From the NCBI GenBank assembly GCA_034520565.1, contig JAXHNL010000002.1:1600001-1664000 (forward strand): a stretch of 64,000 nucleotides of DNA, written 5' to 3'. A program made the translations under genes and the position numbers. The notes below the pieces were generated by a model. The model saw only the letters and a list, made by a program, of their open reading frames with translations. It ran no database searches and had not been told where the DNA came from. Positions 1 through 9,404 of the stretch are shown one piece after another (within the stretch, counting starts at the first letter, position 1; every line of letters begins with the position of its first letter). The DNA is from Halodesulfurarchaeum sp. (GTDB lineage Archaea; Halobacteriota; Halobacteria; Halobacteriales; Halobacteriaceae).

Positions 1-477
1 GAGGGGAGACCCCAATGACATGCCCAATCCGATAGCAATTCCGGCCGCCCCCATATTGCGCCCGTGACCCCCCTCGAGATCCATCAACATCGTCATTGCG
101 AGGGAAAACGCACCGATGGTCAGAGCCCCCTGGAGAATCCGGAGCCCAAGGACGCCGAGAAAGGAAAGTGAGGTGGATTGGGCGACCATCGCCATGAGAA
201 GATAGGCCATTGCACCGCCGACTGCGCCGGCAACGATAAAGGGCCGCCGGCGCCCGGCGGCATCGCTCATCGCCCCCCAGACCCCGGCAAAGGCGATGAA
301 CGCCGCGAATTCTGCGGCCAGGAACCACATGCTGGCGTCGAGTGCTGACGGGACTCCAATTGCCGTGACGAGTGTGTCGATTCCCGGGTAGAGCAGTGCC
401 TGAGCGAGCAGCACGGAAAACACGACAAACGCAAGTACGATCCGTGCTCGTCGGGACCTCATCGGAATTGGTTCCAT
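1..477 (-). CDS. MFS transporter (N-terminal part; runs off the window start)
   Basis: Manual translation of the minus strand from ATG 477 (or 462): MRSRRARIVLAFVVFSVLLAQALLYPGID...WGAMSDAAGRRRPF...LRILQGAL. Contains an MFS motif A-like GxxSDxxGRR and several TM helices. Not in the ORF track. Confidence 0.85.
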   Translation of the reverse strand, partial: MEPIPMRSRRARIVLAFVVFSVLLAQALLYPGIDTLVTAIGVPSALDASMWFLAAEFAAFIAFAGVWGAMSDAAGRRRPFIVAGAVGGAMAYLLMAMVAQSTSLSFLGVLGLRILQGALTIGAFSLAMTMLMDLEGGHGRNMGAAGIAIGLGMSLGSPL

Positions 478-650
478 TTCGTGGGACGGAGGTAAACCCT
501 GTTCGGAAAACAATCCGCTCGGCCGGTACTGTACGGGTGCCTCAGAGGACGACTGGGATATCGTCCTGGATGCGCCGTCCCATCATCGCACGGGTACCGT
601 CGGATAGCAAAGCCATCTCCCGGAGTTCGTTTCTCCCAGTAGCGGAATCC

Positions 651-1088
651 TCATCTGGCGATAAGTACCGGTCGATCGCTCCGATGGATGACTTGCTGGC
701 TGACACTGCCGAAGACCACCTTCCCGATCGGCGTTCGTTCCCTGATCCCCACGAGGATCGTGTCGGCATCGATTTCGCGTGCCGTCGAAAGGATTCCATC
801 GACCGGTTCGTCGACGAGTTCGTGAAGGAAAGGATCGATATCCATCGCTTCCAGCGCCTCGATAACCCATTCGACACTTTCCGGACGGTTTCGGAGCTCG
901 TCGAGAGACTCGTTGAGGTCTTCGATCGGAGCAGAACCTGCCTCGTCTGCGGGTGTGGTGATTTCTTCGTAGACGTGCAGGACGTGGACTTCGATGGGTT
1001 CGGCAGGTTCCGGAAGTGATTCGAGTGTCTCGATTTGCTTTCTGGCCCGTTCTTCGTCGGTGTCGACGGGGATTAATACCCGGTACAT
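651..1088 (-). CDS. Universal stress protein (UspA family)
   Basis: MYRVLIPVD start and the C-terminal USP motif ILVGIRERTPIGKVVFGSVSQQVIHRSDRPVL; ATG at 1088. Confidence 0.92.
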   Translation of the reverse strand: MYRVLIPVDTDEERARKQIETLESLPEPAEPIEVHVLHVYEEITTPADEAGSAPIEDLNESLDELRNRPESVEWVIEALEAMDIDPFLHELVDEPVDGILSTAREIDADTILVGIRERTPIGKVVFGSVSQQVIHRSDRPVLIAR

Positions 1089-1202
1089 GTAAGCAATTGA
1101 CACGGCAGAGACCTTAACTTTTGTAGACACTCACGTTTCCGTGGCGATTTTGTCCGAACGGCCGCCAGTCGAGATTTCTTCCCGACGACGGAGATTCCCT
1201 CC

Positions 1203-3269
1203 TTATCGCCGACTCGATTCCGTCTGCCCGGGGAGGATCACTTGTGTGTACTTCTGGAGGTAATGCAAGGCGAACAGAACGGCGATGATCGCCAGCGCAC
1301 CGAACTGGATCGTTCGATCGGGGAAGACCATCGCCACCGTCCCGACCGCAAAGAACCCGGCCCGCGTTCCGTAGGTCAAGACCCGACCGTACGGGAACCG
1401 ATAATTGATGCCGTGGATCATTGCGATCGCCCCGACCAATGCCGCACCGCCGGCAATCAGGGTGGGACTCGACAGGTTCCCATGGAGGATTTCCGGATGG
1501 TAGACGAAGGTAAACGGCAACACGAACAGCGGAAGCGAGATTTTGATGGCCTCGTAGGCCGTTCCCCAGAAGTCTCCTCCTGCAATGCCTGCCGCAACGG
1601 CGACGGTTGTCGCAATGGGTGGGGTCAGACCAGCCAGAATCGCCGCGTAAAACACGAAGAAGTGAGCGGCGAGGTCCGGGACGAAGAACTGGCTGATCAA
1701 CGACGGGGCGATCAACAGCGCGACGACCGTGTAGGCGGCAGTTGTCGGCATTCCAAGGCCCATGAGAATGCTGATCACCATGGCGAGAATCACGGCAATT
1801 AGCATCACGCCACCGGAGAGATCCATGAGCGCAAGCGAAATGGCCGTCGGAACGGCCGTCGCCATCAGGATGTCCACGACCCCGTTGATGGCAGCAAGAA
1901 TGATCGCAACCGGAGCAAGCACGATGATGCCCTCTCTGAATCCGTTGACGGTCTGGACGGCCACGATTCGGAGCGTCCGTGGAACGCTTCGATCGTCGAT
2001 GGTCAGAGACCGAAGGACCGGGACGAGCACGCCCATCGCGATCATGCTCACGGCCGTGTAGAGGGCAGACGTCATCACCGTGTACTGAACGATACCGAGG
2101 TAGTAGATCAGGACGAACAGCGGAATCCCGTATTTCACGCTTTCAAAGGCGATGGAAGCGTTGCGCATCGTATCGTCGAGGTGCTCACTGGGGTCAGTCG
2201 ACCCGATTTGCGGGGCCGCGACGTAATGGACGGCGAGGAATATCGAAATCACCAGAATCGCTGCTGGGATTAACCCAGCGATGATCACGTCGACGTACGT
2301 TATGCCCGTGATCAGCGAGGCCATAATGAACGCCCCGGCGCCCATGACCGGCGGAAGCACCTGTCCAGACGTCGACGCGACGGACTCGATTGCTCCCGCA
2401 CTTTCCGGCCTGACTCCAGCGTCTTTCATCAGGGGAATCGTAAAGGATCCCGTCATCCCTGCGTTTGCGGTCTGACTCCCGTTTATCGACCCAATGATCG
2501 CACTGGCGATGACCGCAGTCTGGGCGATTCCCGAATCGATGTACTTCGCCGACCGAACGGCAATCCTGAAAATGAGATCGAAGGCCCCGTAGGTTTTCAA
2601 CAGACCTGCAAAGAGCAGGAACAGCGCGATCCACGCGGCGACGAGCTGGTTCAGGAAGCCGAAGAACCCGTCGATGCTGATGACCAAGATCCGAAGGGTC
2701 CGCGTCGCAGAGAGCCCTCCATGCGAAAGAACCCCTGGCATCCAAGGCCCGACGAGGCCGTACCCGATTCCGATGAGGACGACTGCGAGGAACGTAATCC
2801 CGAACGAACGCCACGTGAGATAGATAATCGCGAGCGTGAACGCGGCCGCCATCCAGTACTCGTGAGGGAGCGCGCGGCCGAGGCTGGTCACGTACAGCCG
2901 ATGGAAGTTGAGGAAGAGATATCCTGCAGTGATGGCAGAGATGAGTGCCGAACCGGTAAGTGCAATCACGTCAGCATAATTCCTGTCGTCGATCGAATCC
3001 GGAAGTTCCGAAAGAATGTACAACAGGAGCGTGCCCCCGAGAAAGAGAACCCCGTATTTCGCACGGGGCCAGAACTGCGTCGAGGCGTAGTAGATGATCA
3101 TCCCCCAGAACGGCACTGCGCCATACGTGACGAGCAACTCGAGGACTTTCCGGTATCCCGACTCCTCGTGACCGATCGGCCACAGGGAATCAGTCGCCGC
3201 CGGACCGGGGCTCGGTTCAGTTTCAGCAGTCTTCGCCAGCGGATTTTTTTCCGTGTCCGTCGAGTCCAT
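1203..3269 (-). CDS. TRAP transporter fused permease (4TM/12TM)
   Basis: 688 aa and highly hydrophobic, with motifs GSQTANAGMTGSFTIP, AIESVASTSGQVLPPVMGAGAF, GMPTTAAY and LTPP. Confidence 0.93.
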   Translation of the reverse strand: MDSTDTEKNPLAKTAETEPSPGPAATDSLWPIGHEESGYRKVLELLVTYGAVPFWGMIIYYASTQFWPRAKYGVLFLGGTLLLYILSELPDSIDDRNYADVIALTGSALISAITAGYLFLNFHRLYVTSLGRALPHEYWMAAAFTLAIIYLTWRSFGITFLAVVLIGIGYGLVGPWMPGVLSHGGLSATRTLRILVISIDGFFGFLNQLVAAWIALFLLFAGLLKTYGAFDLIFRIAVRSAKYIDSGIAQTAVIASAIIGSINGSQTANAGMTGSFTIPLMKDAGVRPESAGAIESVASTSGQVLPPVMGAGAFIMASLITGITYVDVIIAGLIPAAILVISIFLAVHYVAAPQIGSTDPSEHLDDTMRNASIAFESVKYGIPLFVLIYYLGIVQYTVMTSALYTAVSMIAMGVLVPVLRSLTIDDRSVPRTLRIVAVQTVNGFREGIIVLAPVAIILAAINGVVDILMATAVPTAISLALMDLSGGVMLIAVILAMVISILMGLGMPTTAAYTVVALLIAPSLISQFFVPDLAAHFFVFYAAILAGLTPPIATTVAVAAGIAGGDFWGTAYEAIKISLPLFVLPFTFVYHPEILHGNLSSPTLIAGGAALVGAIAMIHGINYRFPYGRVLTYGTRAGFFAVGTVAMVFPDRTIQFGALAIIAVLFALHYLQKYTQVILPGQTESSRR

Positions 3270-3330
3270 GTATATTCAGGGGTAGCAGGTGGGCTTTTGT
3301 TACGGGGAATTGAAGGTGGGGTGTAGGCCG

Positions 3331-4395
3331 TTATCCGCTCGTCCAGTTGTCCTCCCAGATATCGTTCTCTTGGAAGAATTCGGCGATACCTGGATGGATT
3401 TCGAGTTCGGGGATAACCGTCGTCGTCATAACCGCTGGGTCGTCGTAATTCAAGGTCGTCGGGTCCGACTCTCTGATCGTATCGTGATGTTCGTGAGCGA
3501 TTCGGGCGATTTCCTTCGTGGCCTCGGCTGCGATGTCCGGGCTGAATGCCCATTGAGCCGCGAGTGACCACGACGTCACCTGGTCGGTTATTTTACTGAC
3601 ATCCTGCTCGTACCCGTACACCTCGAATTCCTCCATGATGGCTCCCGGAACGTTCTGGATCGCCTGCTTGAAGTTGTCGTCGACTTCGAGTAGGTAGAGG
3701 TCTCCACCGCTTCGGACGTCCACCTCCTGAACCCATCCAGACAACTGGACGCCGTTTCCTCCGTAGACACACAGGGCATCGACCCGTCCTTCTTCGACTG
3801 CTCCTGGGATGTCACCCGTGTCCACGTTGAGGATTTCGTTTTGGTCCCACAGTCCCGCTTCTTTGATCACTTCCTCGGTCAACAGCCTGGTCCCGAATCC
3901 CGGTTGGATCGGATAGATCGTGTATCCGCCTTCAGCGAGGTCGGCAGTCGACTCGAGTCCAGATCCCTCGAGGGCGACCCAGTGAATCTGGAGCGAGGTA
4001 AACATGAACCCTTGCTGCGGCAGGGCATCTACGGGATTATCGGCGAATGGGCCATCTTCGGCCAACGCCTTCGAAAGCGAATTGTTGTCCACACCCATCG
4101 CCGGGATGTTGTCGTCGTCGTATTCGTAGAGATTCGCCGTCCAGCCGTCGGTCACCTGCGGTGAGATGCTGACAATATCGCTATGCTGGTTTGCGGCCCG
4201 TGCGAGTGCTTGGGCTGCGGCTTGGGTCGAACTGTTCTGTGAGGTCGCGCCGATAGTCACCGTGTAACTCTCGGGTTCTTCTTCGTCGCCGTCACCAGTA
4301 TCGTCGCCGCCACCTGCACAGCCTGCGGAACTGATGAGACCGATGGTAGCAGCGCCTTTCAGTACGTCACGTCGATTCACGTTATCCATTGACAT
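3331..4395 (-). CDS. TAXI-family TRAP solute-binding lipoprotein (Tat-exported)
   Basis: Twin-arginine NRRDVLK, lipobox SAGC and C-terminal IHPG typical of TAXI; lies upstream of the fused TRAP permease. Start at 4395 or 4389. Confidence 0.9.
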   Translation of the reverse strand: MSMDNVNRRDVLKGAATIGLISSAGCAGGGDDTGDGDEEEPESYTVTIGATSQNSSTQAAAQALARAANQHSDIVSISPQVTDGWTANLYEYDDDNIPAMGVDNNSLSKALAEDGPFADNPVDALPQQGFMFTSLQIHWVALEGSGLESTADLAEGGYTIYPIQPGFGTRLLTEEVIKEAGLWDQNEILNVDTGDIPGAVEEGRVDALCVYGGNGVQLSGWVQEVDVRSGGDLYLLEVDDNFKQAIQNVPGAIMEEFEVYGYEQDVSKITDQVTSWSLAAQWAFSPDIAAEATKEIARIAHEHHDTIRESDPTTLNYDDPAVMTTTVIPELEIHPGIAEFFQENDIWEDNWTSG

Positions 4396-4685
4396 ACGAA
4401 GAGACGATATTAGCCGACATAGATAAATATTGGGGCCACCTTATAAAGTGGGTTCGGCAAACGTTTGCTTTTCACCGGAGCCGGCCCCCCGATATGTCGA
4501 CGATCGTGCAAAAGCCGCAACGTAAACCGAAACAATCCGGTTTTACGTCCGTCGAAAAACTCGGTCCGATCGGTTGGTATTGCACGTTTCAATAAATATT
4601 GTTTACCAAATGCTTCGCTACGTAGGTTTGTTCCAAAAGAATCGAGTTCAAGTCCGAAGTCCGAAGACGACGGAGAAAACTCGCC

Positions 4686-4880
4686 TTAGTTACGGACGAC
4701 GTTCGTCGCGCGCGGGCCTTTGGGGGCCTGTTCGATGTCGAAGTCGACATCCTGTCCTTCTTCGAGGTCCGGGCCGCCAACGTCCTCCATGTGGAAGAAA
4801 ACGTCCTCGTCCGCGTCCTCAGTCGTAATGAATCCGTAGCCGCCAGTGTCGTTGAAGAAATCAACCTTACCGTTTGCCAT
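4686..4880 (-). CDS. cspA: Cold-shock protein (CSD)
   Basis: 64 aa MANGKVDFFNDTGGYGFI...DVFFHM...GPRATNV with RNP1/RNP2 motifs; ATG at 4880. Confidence 0.95.
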   Translation of the reverse strand: MANGKVDFFNDTGGYGFITTEDADEDVFFHMEDVGGPDLEEGQDVDFDIEQAPKGPRATNVVRN

Positions 4881-4906
4881 TGCAATTACAGGTAGTGCCG
4901 ACCCCC

Positions 4907-4938
4907 GGATAACCCTTCCGAGGGTCGTGGTACCACGA
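4907..4938 (-). promoter_or_regulatory. Putative csp promoter (TATA-like GGTTATCC) with an upstream 14-bp palindrome
   Basis: GGTTATCC at 4907-4914 on the minus strand, about 27-34 nt upstream of the ATG; perfect palindrome TCGTGGTACCACGA at 4925-4938. Confidence 0.45.
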
Positions 4939-5282
4939 AGGGTCGCGAACCTGGCGGTCTGGACCGCTCCAATTGTGGTCGCGCAGTTCGAGTCGTTGTC
5001 AAAAATTTCCGCAGTTGTCGAAAATACTGAGCTATTCGACTGGGGAAGTGGGCGAGGGTACATTGATCGATCGGCGCTGCTCGGTTCAATCGGTACCCTT
5101 GTTACCCACCAGAGCCAATCGGGGGTAATGACTGTCGTCTCGCGGTCCAACGATTCAGACCGCGCACACAAACGCCCGTATCGGCGTCGAGAGGACTTCT
5201 CTCGTTACACGACGAATTGCTCCGGAGACAGCATGGGATTTTCCGCCGTGGATATGCAAAACCGATTCCGCAGCGTGAGAAA

Positions 5283-5723
5283 ATGACCCGCGTCGTCGCC
5301 CAGGGAACGTTCGACCTGATTCATCCGGGTCACCTTCACTATCTATCGGAGGCCGCATCGCTCGGATCCGAGCTTCACGTCATCGTCGCAAGGCGGGAAA
5401 ACGTCACGCACAAGGAGCCCCCTGTGCTCCCGAATCGACAACGGCGAGACGTCATCCAGGCGCTCGATATGGTCGACGGGGCCCACGTCGGACACGAATC
5501 CGACATTTTCGTTCCAATCGAACGATTAGATCCTGACGTTATTGCGCTCGGGTACGACCAGCACCACGACGTCGAGTCGATCGCCCGGGATCTCGAAGAC
5601 CGCGGAATCGACTGCCGCGTCGAGCGGGTTTCGGGCCGGGAAGCGGCATACGAGGGTGAGATTCTCTCTACCGGCGACATCATTGATCGAATCATCGAGC
5701 GTCGTGGACCGACGGCCGAGTGA
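5283..5723 (+). CDS. ribL: Archaeal FAD synthase (cytidylyltransferase fold)
   Basis: [21 protein letters not shown] (HxGH motif) and DVIALGYDQ; ATG at 5283. Confidence 0.88.
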   Translation: MTRVVAQGTFDLIHPGHLHYLSEAASLGSELHVIVARRENVTHKEPPVLPNRQRRDVIQALDMVDGAHVGHESDIFVPIERLDPDVIALGYDQHHDVESIARDLEDRGIDCRVERVSGREAAYEGEILSTGDIIDRIIERRGPTAE

Positions 5724-5780
5724 GTCCCACGATGGAACGGCCCAGGGAAGGGATTTAGGACTGGCTCCCTTTGAGAAAAT

Positions 5781-6578
5781 GTGAGCGTCCGCCAACTCGT
5801 CAGAGGAACCGTTCCCTGGAGCACACTCGAAGTGGTCGGGCAGGAACTCGCTCAGCGATACGACCGCGACGTCGTCCGGATCGAGTTTTTGGAGGCGGAA
5901 AACTGGCTGTCGACACCGATCGTTGTGGACGAAAAATGGTTCGTCAAGGTCATTTCTCAGCGGAACGCGTTCGTTCACGCAGTCTTTACCGGAGCCCGAA
6001 ACCTCGGTGCGTTTTCGAGTGGCACGCCGGGATTCTTCGAGCACTTCGAGAACCCGGGCGAGATGGCCGAGCACGATCTGGAGGCAACTCGAAAAATCAG
6101 GGAGGTGGGCGTGAACGCACCGGAACCGATCGAAGCGTTCGACATCGATTCGGTCGGTGTTGTTGTGTTCGACTACCTCGAGGGGTTTCGCACGCTCGAA
6201 GCCTGCAACCCTGACGAAATCCGTGGGTTACTCCCCGACCTGTTCGACTCGCTCGCGAGAATGCACCGAAACGGCCTGGCACATGGCGATCTCCGGGGGG
6301 AAAACGTTCTCGTCCAGAACGACGAGATCTTTTTCATCGACGCCACAGCCGTGCGGCCCGGAACGATTCCCCCGGCGAGGGCCTACGATATCGCCTGTGC
6401 GCTCGGGACCCTCGAACCACACGTCGATGCTTCTGATGCCGTGGCTGCCGCCGTCGAACAATACGGGATCGACGCCGTTCTCGATGCCGTCGATTTCCTC
6501 GATTTCGTAAATATCAGACCGGATCACGATTTCGACGCAGCCGCTGTCAAAGGTGAAATCAACACGATTGCGTCCTAA
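5781..6578 (+). CDS. RIO/Bud32-like atypical Ser/Thr protein kinase
   Basis: FVK lysine, catalytic loop HGDLRGENVL and FIDAT metal-binding loop; GTG start. Confidence 0.8.
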   Translation: MSVRQLVRGTVPWSTLEVVGQELAQRYDRDVVRIEFLEAENWLSTPIVVDEKWFVKVISQRNAFVHAVFTGARNLGAFSSGTPGFFEHFENPGEMAEHDLEATRKIREVGVNAPEPIEAFDIDSVGVVVFDYLEGFRTLEACNPDEIRGLLPDLFDSLARMHRNGLAHGDLRGENVLVQNDEIFFIDATAVRPGTIPPARAYDIACALGTLEPHVDASDAVAAAVEQYGIDAVLDAVDFLDFVNIRPDHDFDAAAVKGEINTIAS

Positions 6579-6742
6579 AGCGGAAGGGGGGGGGGTGGAA
6601 AGGGGACGTCGTCCGTTGTGGCCCGGGGAGCGAGACGGGCCGTTCCGGGAGTACCGATCCTCGACGAGAAAAGCGTCGACGACCGGCAGTGAAAAGTGGG
6701 CCGTCCTTACATATAAACTGTTCGAGCCGAATCCGACCTCGC

Positions 6743-7543
6743 CTACGGTCTTCTATCGTCCAGAGTGGGGAACCGTTCGCGAACGGCGTCGACTGTTTCT
6801 GGTTCGACCGCTGTGATCGCCGTTTCCGGGTCACTACCCACAGCACGAACAGTGGTTCCCCAGGGGTCGATGACTCGAGAACGGCCGATCAAACCGGGGC
6901 CACCCGCCGGGCCGGATCCATTCACTCCGACGACGTAGAGCTGGTTTTCGATGGCTCGGGCCCGCGTCAACGTCGTCCAGTGCTCGATTCGGGGATACGG
7001 CCACGCACTCGGAACCAGGATGAGTGTCACACCGCGATCCACGAGTTCGCGATACAGTTCGGGAAAACGGAGATCGTAACAGGTCGTGACTCCGACGGTG
7101 AACCCACCAATCGTCGTCGTTTCGAGGCGTTCTCCAGGTGTCAGGAGTCGTGATTCTTCGGATTGGTACCCGAACAGGTGGTGTTTTCGATAGATGAGTT
7201 GGCGAGTTCCCGAAGAATCGAAGAACACGCTCGTGTTCGATAGTCCGGTTGTGGCTGGAGTGGCTGCCTCCGTCGCCGTGAGGTCTTCGACGATACTGCC
7301 GGCTAAAATCGACACGCGATATTCCTGTGCGAGGTCGCTGATACGGGAAAGAGTCGGACCGTTCAACCCTTCGGCCGCCGTCTCATACGCATCGAAATCG
7401 AAATACCCGACGTTCCAGAGTTCCGGCAGCACGAGCAGGTCCGTCTCGCGAACGGCGGCCTCTCTGATCGCCGTCGTTGCACGCTCGAAGTTTCCGGACC
7501 GGTCCCCTGCTTCGACCCGAATCTGGAGGAGTCCCAGTTTCAT
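6743..7543 (-). CDS. Carbon-nitrogen hydrolase (nitrilase/omega-amidase family)
   Basis: Glu-Lys-Cys triad motifs LPELW, YRKHHLF and TCYDLRFPE; also RARAIENQ. Confidence 0.93.
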   Translation of the reverse strand: MKLGLLQIRVEAGDRSGNFERATTAIREAAVRETDLLVLPELWNVGYFDFDAYETAAEGLNGPTLSRISDLAQEYRVSILAGSIVEDLTATEAATPATTGLSNTSVFFDSSGTRQLIYRKHHLFGYQSEESRLLTPGERLETTTIGGFTVGVTTCYDLRFPELYRELVDRGVTLILVPSAWPYPRIEHWTTLTRARAIENQLYVVGVNGSGPAGGPGLIGRSRVIDPWGTTVRAVGSDPETAITAVEPETVDAVRERFPTLDDRRP

Positions 7544-7962
7544 CGGTTTTCAAGAAACGCAACTAGTTGGTTTTCGAGATTGCCGATTTCGCGGTCGAAC
7601 CGTTTCTCGAAGAAACGCTCCACGCCAGGAAGCCGGCCGGTGACTTCGAACCGGGTATGAACCGACGTTTTTCCCTCGGTTTGGTCGATATGGTGTTCTC
7701 CTGTCACGTCAAAAACGGACGATTCCCCCACAAACCTGACGTATTCAGGTGATCGTCGGTCGAGTGGCCGAGTCCGGACGGTGATGGTGGGCCCGACTCC
7801 CAGTATCGGAAGTTTCAGGTGCCAGAGTGTGGTCTCGTCCTCGGTTTCGAAGCTTTCGACGAGACTGATAGCCCGAGCCCTGTTGGACGGGTCCTCGAGG
7901 AATGCCCAAACCGCCTCGGGAGAAGCGTCGACGAAAAAATCCCGTTCCACTCGGACCGTCAT
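7540..7962 (-). CDS. SRPBCC/CoxG-family protein
   Basis: MTVRVERDFFVDASPEAVWAFLEDP is a typical START/CoxG N-terminus; 4-nt overlap with the nitrilase start. Confidence 0.8.
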   Translation of the reverse strand: MTVRVERDFFVDASPEAVWAFLEDPSNRARAISLVESFETEDETTLWHLKLPILGVGPTITVRTRPLDRRSPEYVRFVGESSVFDVTGEHHIDQTEGKTSVHTRFEVTGRLPGVERFFEKRFDREIGNLENQLVAFLENR

Positions 7963-8039
7963 CCGATGTTTCCCTTCGGAATCACGGCGGTGATTCGATA
8001 CGGTGAATCGACCGGAACCCAGGAGGAGTGCATCGTCTC

Positions 8040-8264
8040 TCAGGCCCGTTCGACCCGCCAGGTCGTCGACCGAGAGCGTCCCCACTTTTCGATAGTGAGA
8101 TCTTCGGCTTTTTCGGCAAGACGGGCCAATCTCACCCCGACCTGTTTCGAGGTGAGCCCGATCGATTCGGCGATGTTTCTCGCTCGAAAGTACTCCTCAC
8201 CCGTGTTGGCACTCTCCCGGAGGTGGGACAAAATCTGTTTTTCGTCCTCCGTGAAGTCAGTCAT
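8040..8264 (-). CDS. Small winged-helix DNA-binding protein (conserved haloarchaeal)
   Basis: YFRARNIAESIGLTSKQVG HTH and IEKWGRSRSTTWRV wing. Confidence 0.8.
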   Translation of the reverse strand: MTDFTEDEKQILSHLRESANTGEEYFRARNIAESIGLTSKQVGVRLARLAEKAEDLTIEKWGRSRSTTWRVERA

Positions 8265-8319
8265 TGTACTCGGGTACGATCCCCAATCCTATAACCCTTT
8301 CAGACTGAGCGATTGCCGA

Positions 8320-9348
8320 TCACTCGATCGACGTGAACTCCGAGGGCTCGTTTAGCGCGAGATTCGACGCGATTTCCACGATGCGAACGGCGTGTTCGGC
8401 CGTTTGCTGGAGCGCTACGAGCACTTCCCGTACCTGGAGAAGCCGCTTCTGGGAGAGTTCGGGCAGATCTTTCATGAGGTCGAGTTCCCGTTCGGAGAGG
8501 TCCATGAACATCGCCTGTGCCCGTCTGGCCGTTTCGAAATCCCGCTCGACGACGGACTCGACGGCGAGTTCCGTAAGTTCGTCGACCCGCTCGTTGTGGT
8601 CGCCGATCCGCCGGACGGTTTGGTCGTCCAGACCGAGTCGGTTACCATCGGCATCGAGCACGATCTCGGCCATGTTCTCCGCGTTGTCCGCGATCAGCTC
8701 CAGGTTCTTCGCCACGGATCGATACGCGATAAGGGGAAACGCATCGGAAAGCCCCATTTTCCGCGCGATCGACGGATTTCGATAGGAGGTAAATATGAGC
8801 CGAAGCAGAAGCACGAAGATCTTGTTCGCCTGACGCTCGCGGTTGAGGGCTCGTTCGGCCAGGTCGGGATTACTCCGGGCCAACGCTTTGATTGCCTCGT
8901 GTCGCATCGTTCGCCCAGTATTTTCCAGGCGAGTCAACAGGTTGGTCAGGTCGAAATCCTCCGGGTCCACAGAGCACCTGATCGTGATCCGCTCCGGTGT
9001 CTCCTCGATCACGCCCAGTCCCATCAATTGCGATTCGGCGTCGTACACTGCATTGATGTGCGGGCCTTCGAGTGTCTCTTCGGCCGTAACGTGAATGACC
9101 CGACGCCCGAGCACGTACTGTCCGATGATCGCTCGTTCGACGGCGTCGGCATCGAATTCACCGACCGTAATCGTCGCCTCCGTTTCCTCACCTCGAGCCG
9201 ATTCCGGCGTGACGGTCAACGTCCCTTCAGCAGTAGTTCTGACGGCGACTTCATCTCCCTTCTCCACACCGTTATCTCGCGCCCAGGCCGCCGGGAGCGT
9301 CATTGCAAGCGTCGAGGGCCCGAGCCGCTGGACCTTCCTCGTATCCAT
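8320..9348 (-). CDS. phoU: AbrB-PhoU phosphate uptake regulator
   Basis: N-terminal AbrB domain (RKVQRLGPSTLAMTLPAAW) followed by two PhoU helical repeats; ATG at 9348. Confidence 0.88.
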   Translation of the reverse strand: MDTRKVQRLGPSTLAMTLPAAWARDNGVEKGDEVAVRTTAEGTLTVTPESARGEETEATITVGEFDADAVERAIIGQYVLGRRVIHVTAEETLEGPHINAVYDAESQLMGLGVIEETPERITIRCSVDPEDFDLTNLLTRLENTGRTMRHEAIKALARSNPDLAERALNRERQANKIFVLLLRLIFTSYRNPSIARKMGLSDAFPLIAYRSVAKNLELIADNAENMAEIVLDADGNRLGLDDQTVRRIGDHNERVDELTELAVESVVERDFETARRAQAMFMDLSERELDLMKDLPELSQKRLLQVREVLVALQQTAEHAVRIVEIASNLALNEPSEFTSIE

Positions 9349-9404
9349 ATATCCCCCACAATATCTAATGAACCTTATATCTGCCCCGATAGTCGGCGGG
9401 TCGC

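Noticed and set aside
575-625. GGAGAUGG...GAUGAUG resembling a fluoride riboswitch upstream of the MFS gene
   Set aside because: The required P1 and pseudoknot pairings cannot be formed.
4423-4601. ATAAATATTG repeated twice and near-palindrome CCACCTTATAAAGTGG upstream of the TAXI gene
   Set aside because: Short AT-rich motifs overlapping probable TATA elements; they cannot be told apart from ordinary promoter composition without comparative data.
6582-6605. G10 run and G-rich tract (possible G-quadruplex or phase-variable tract)
   Set aside because: It lies between convergent genes with no ORF or promoter to switch, and homopolymer length is unreliable in this assembly.
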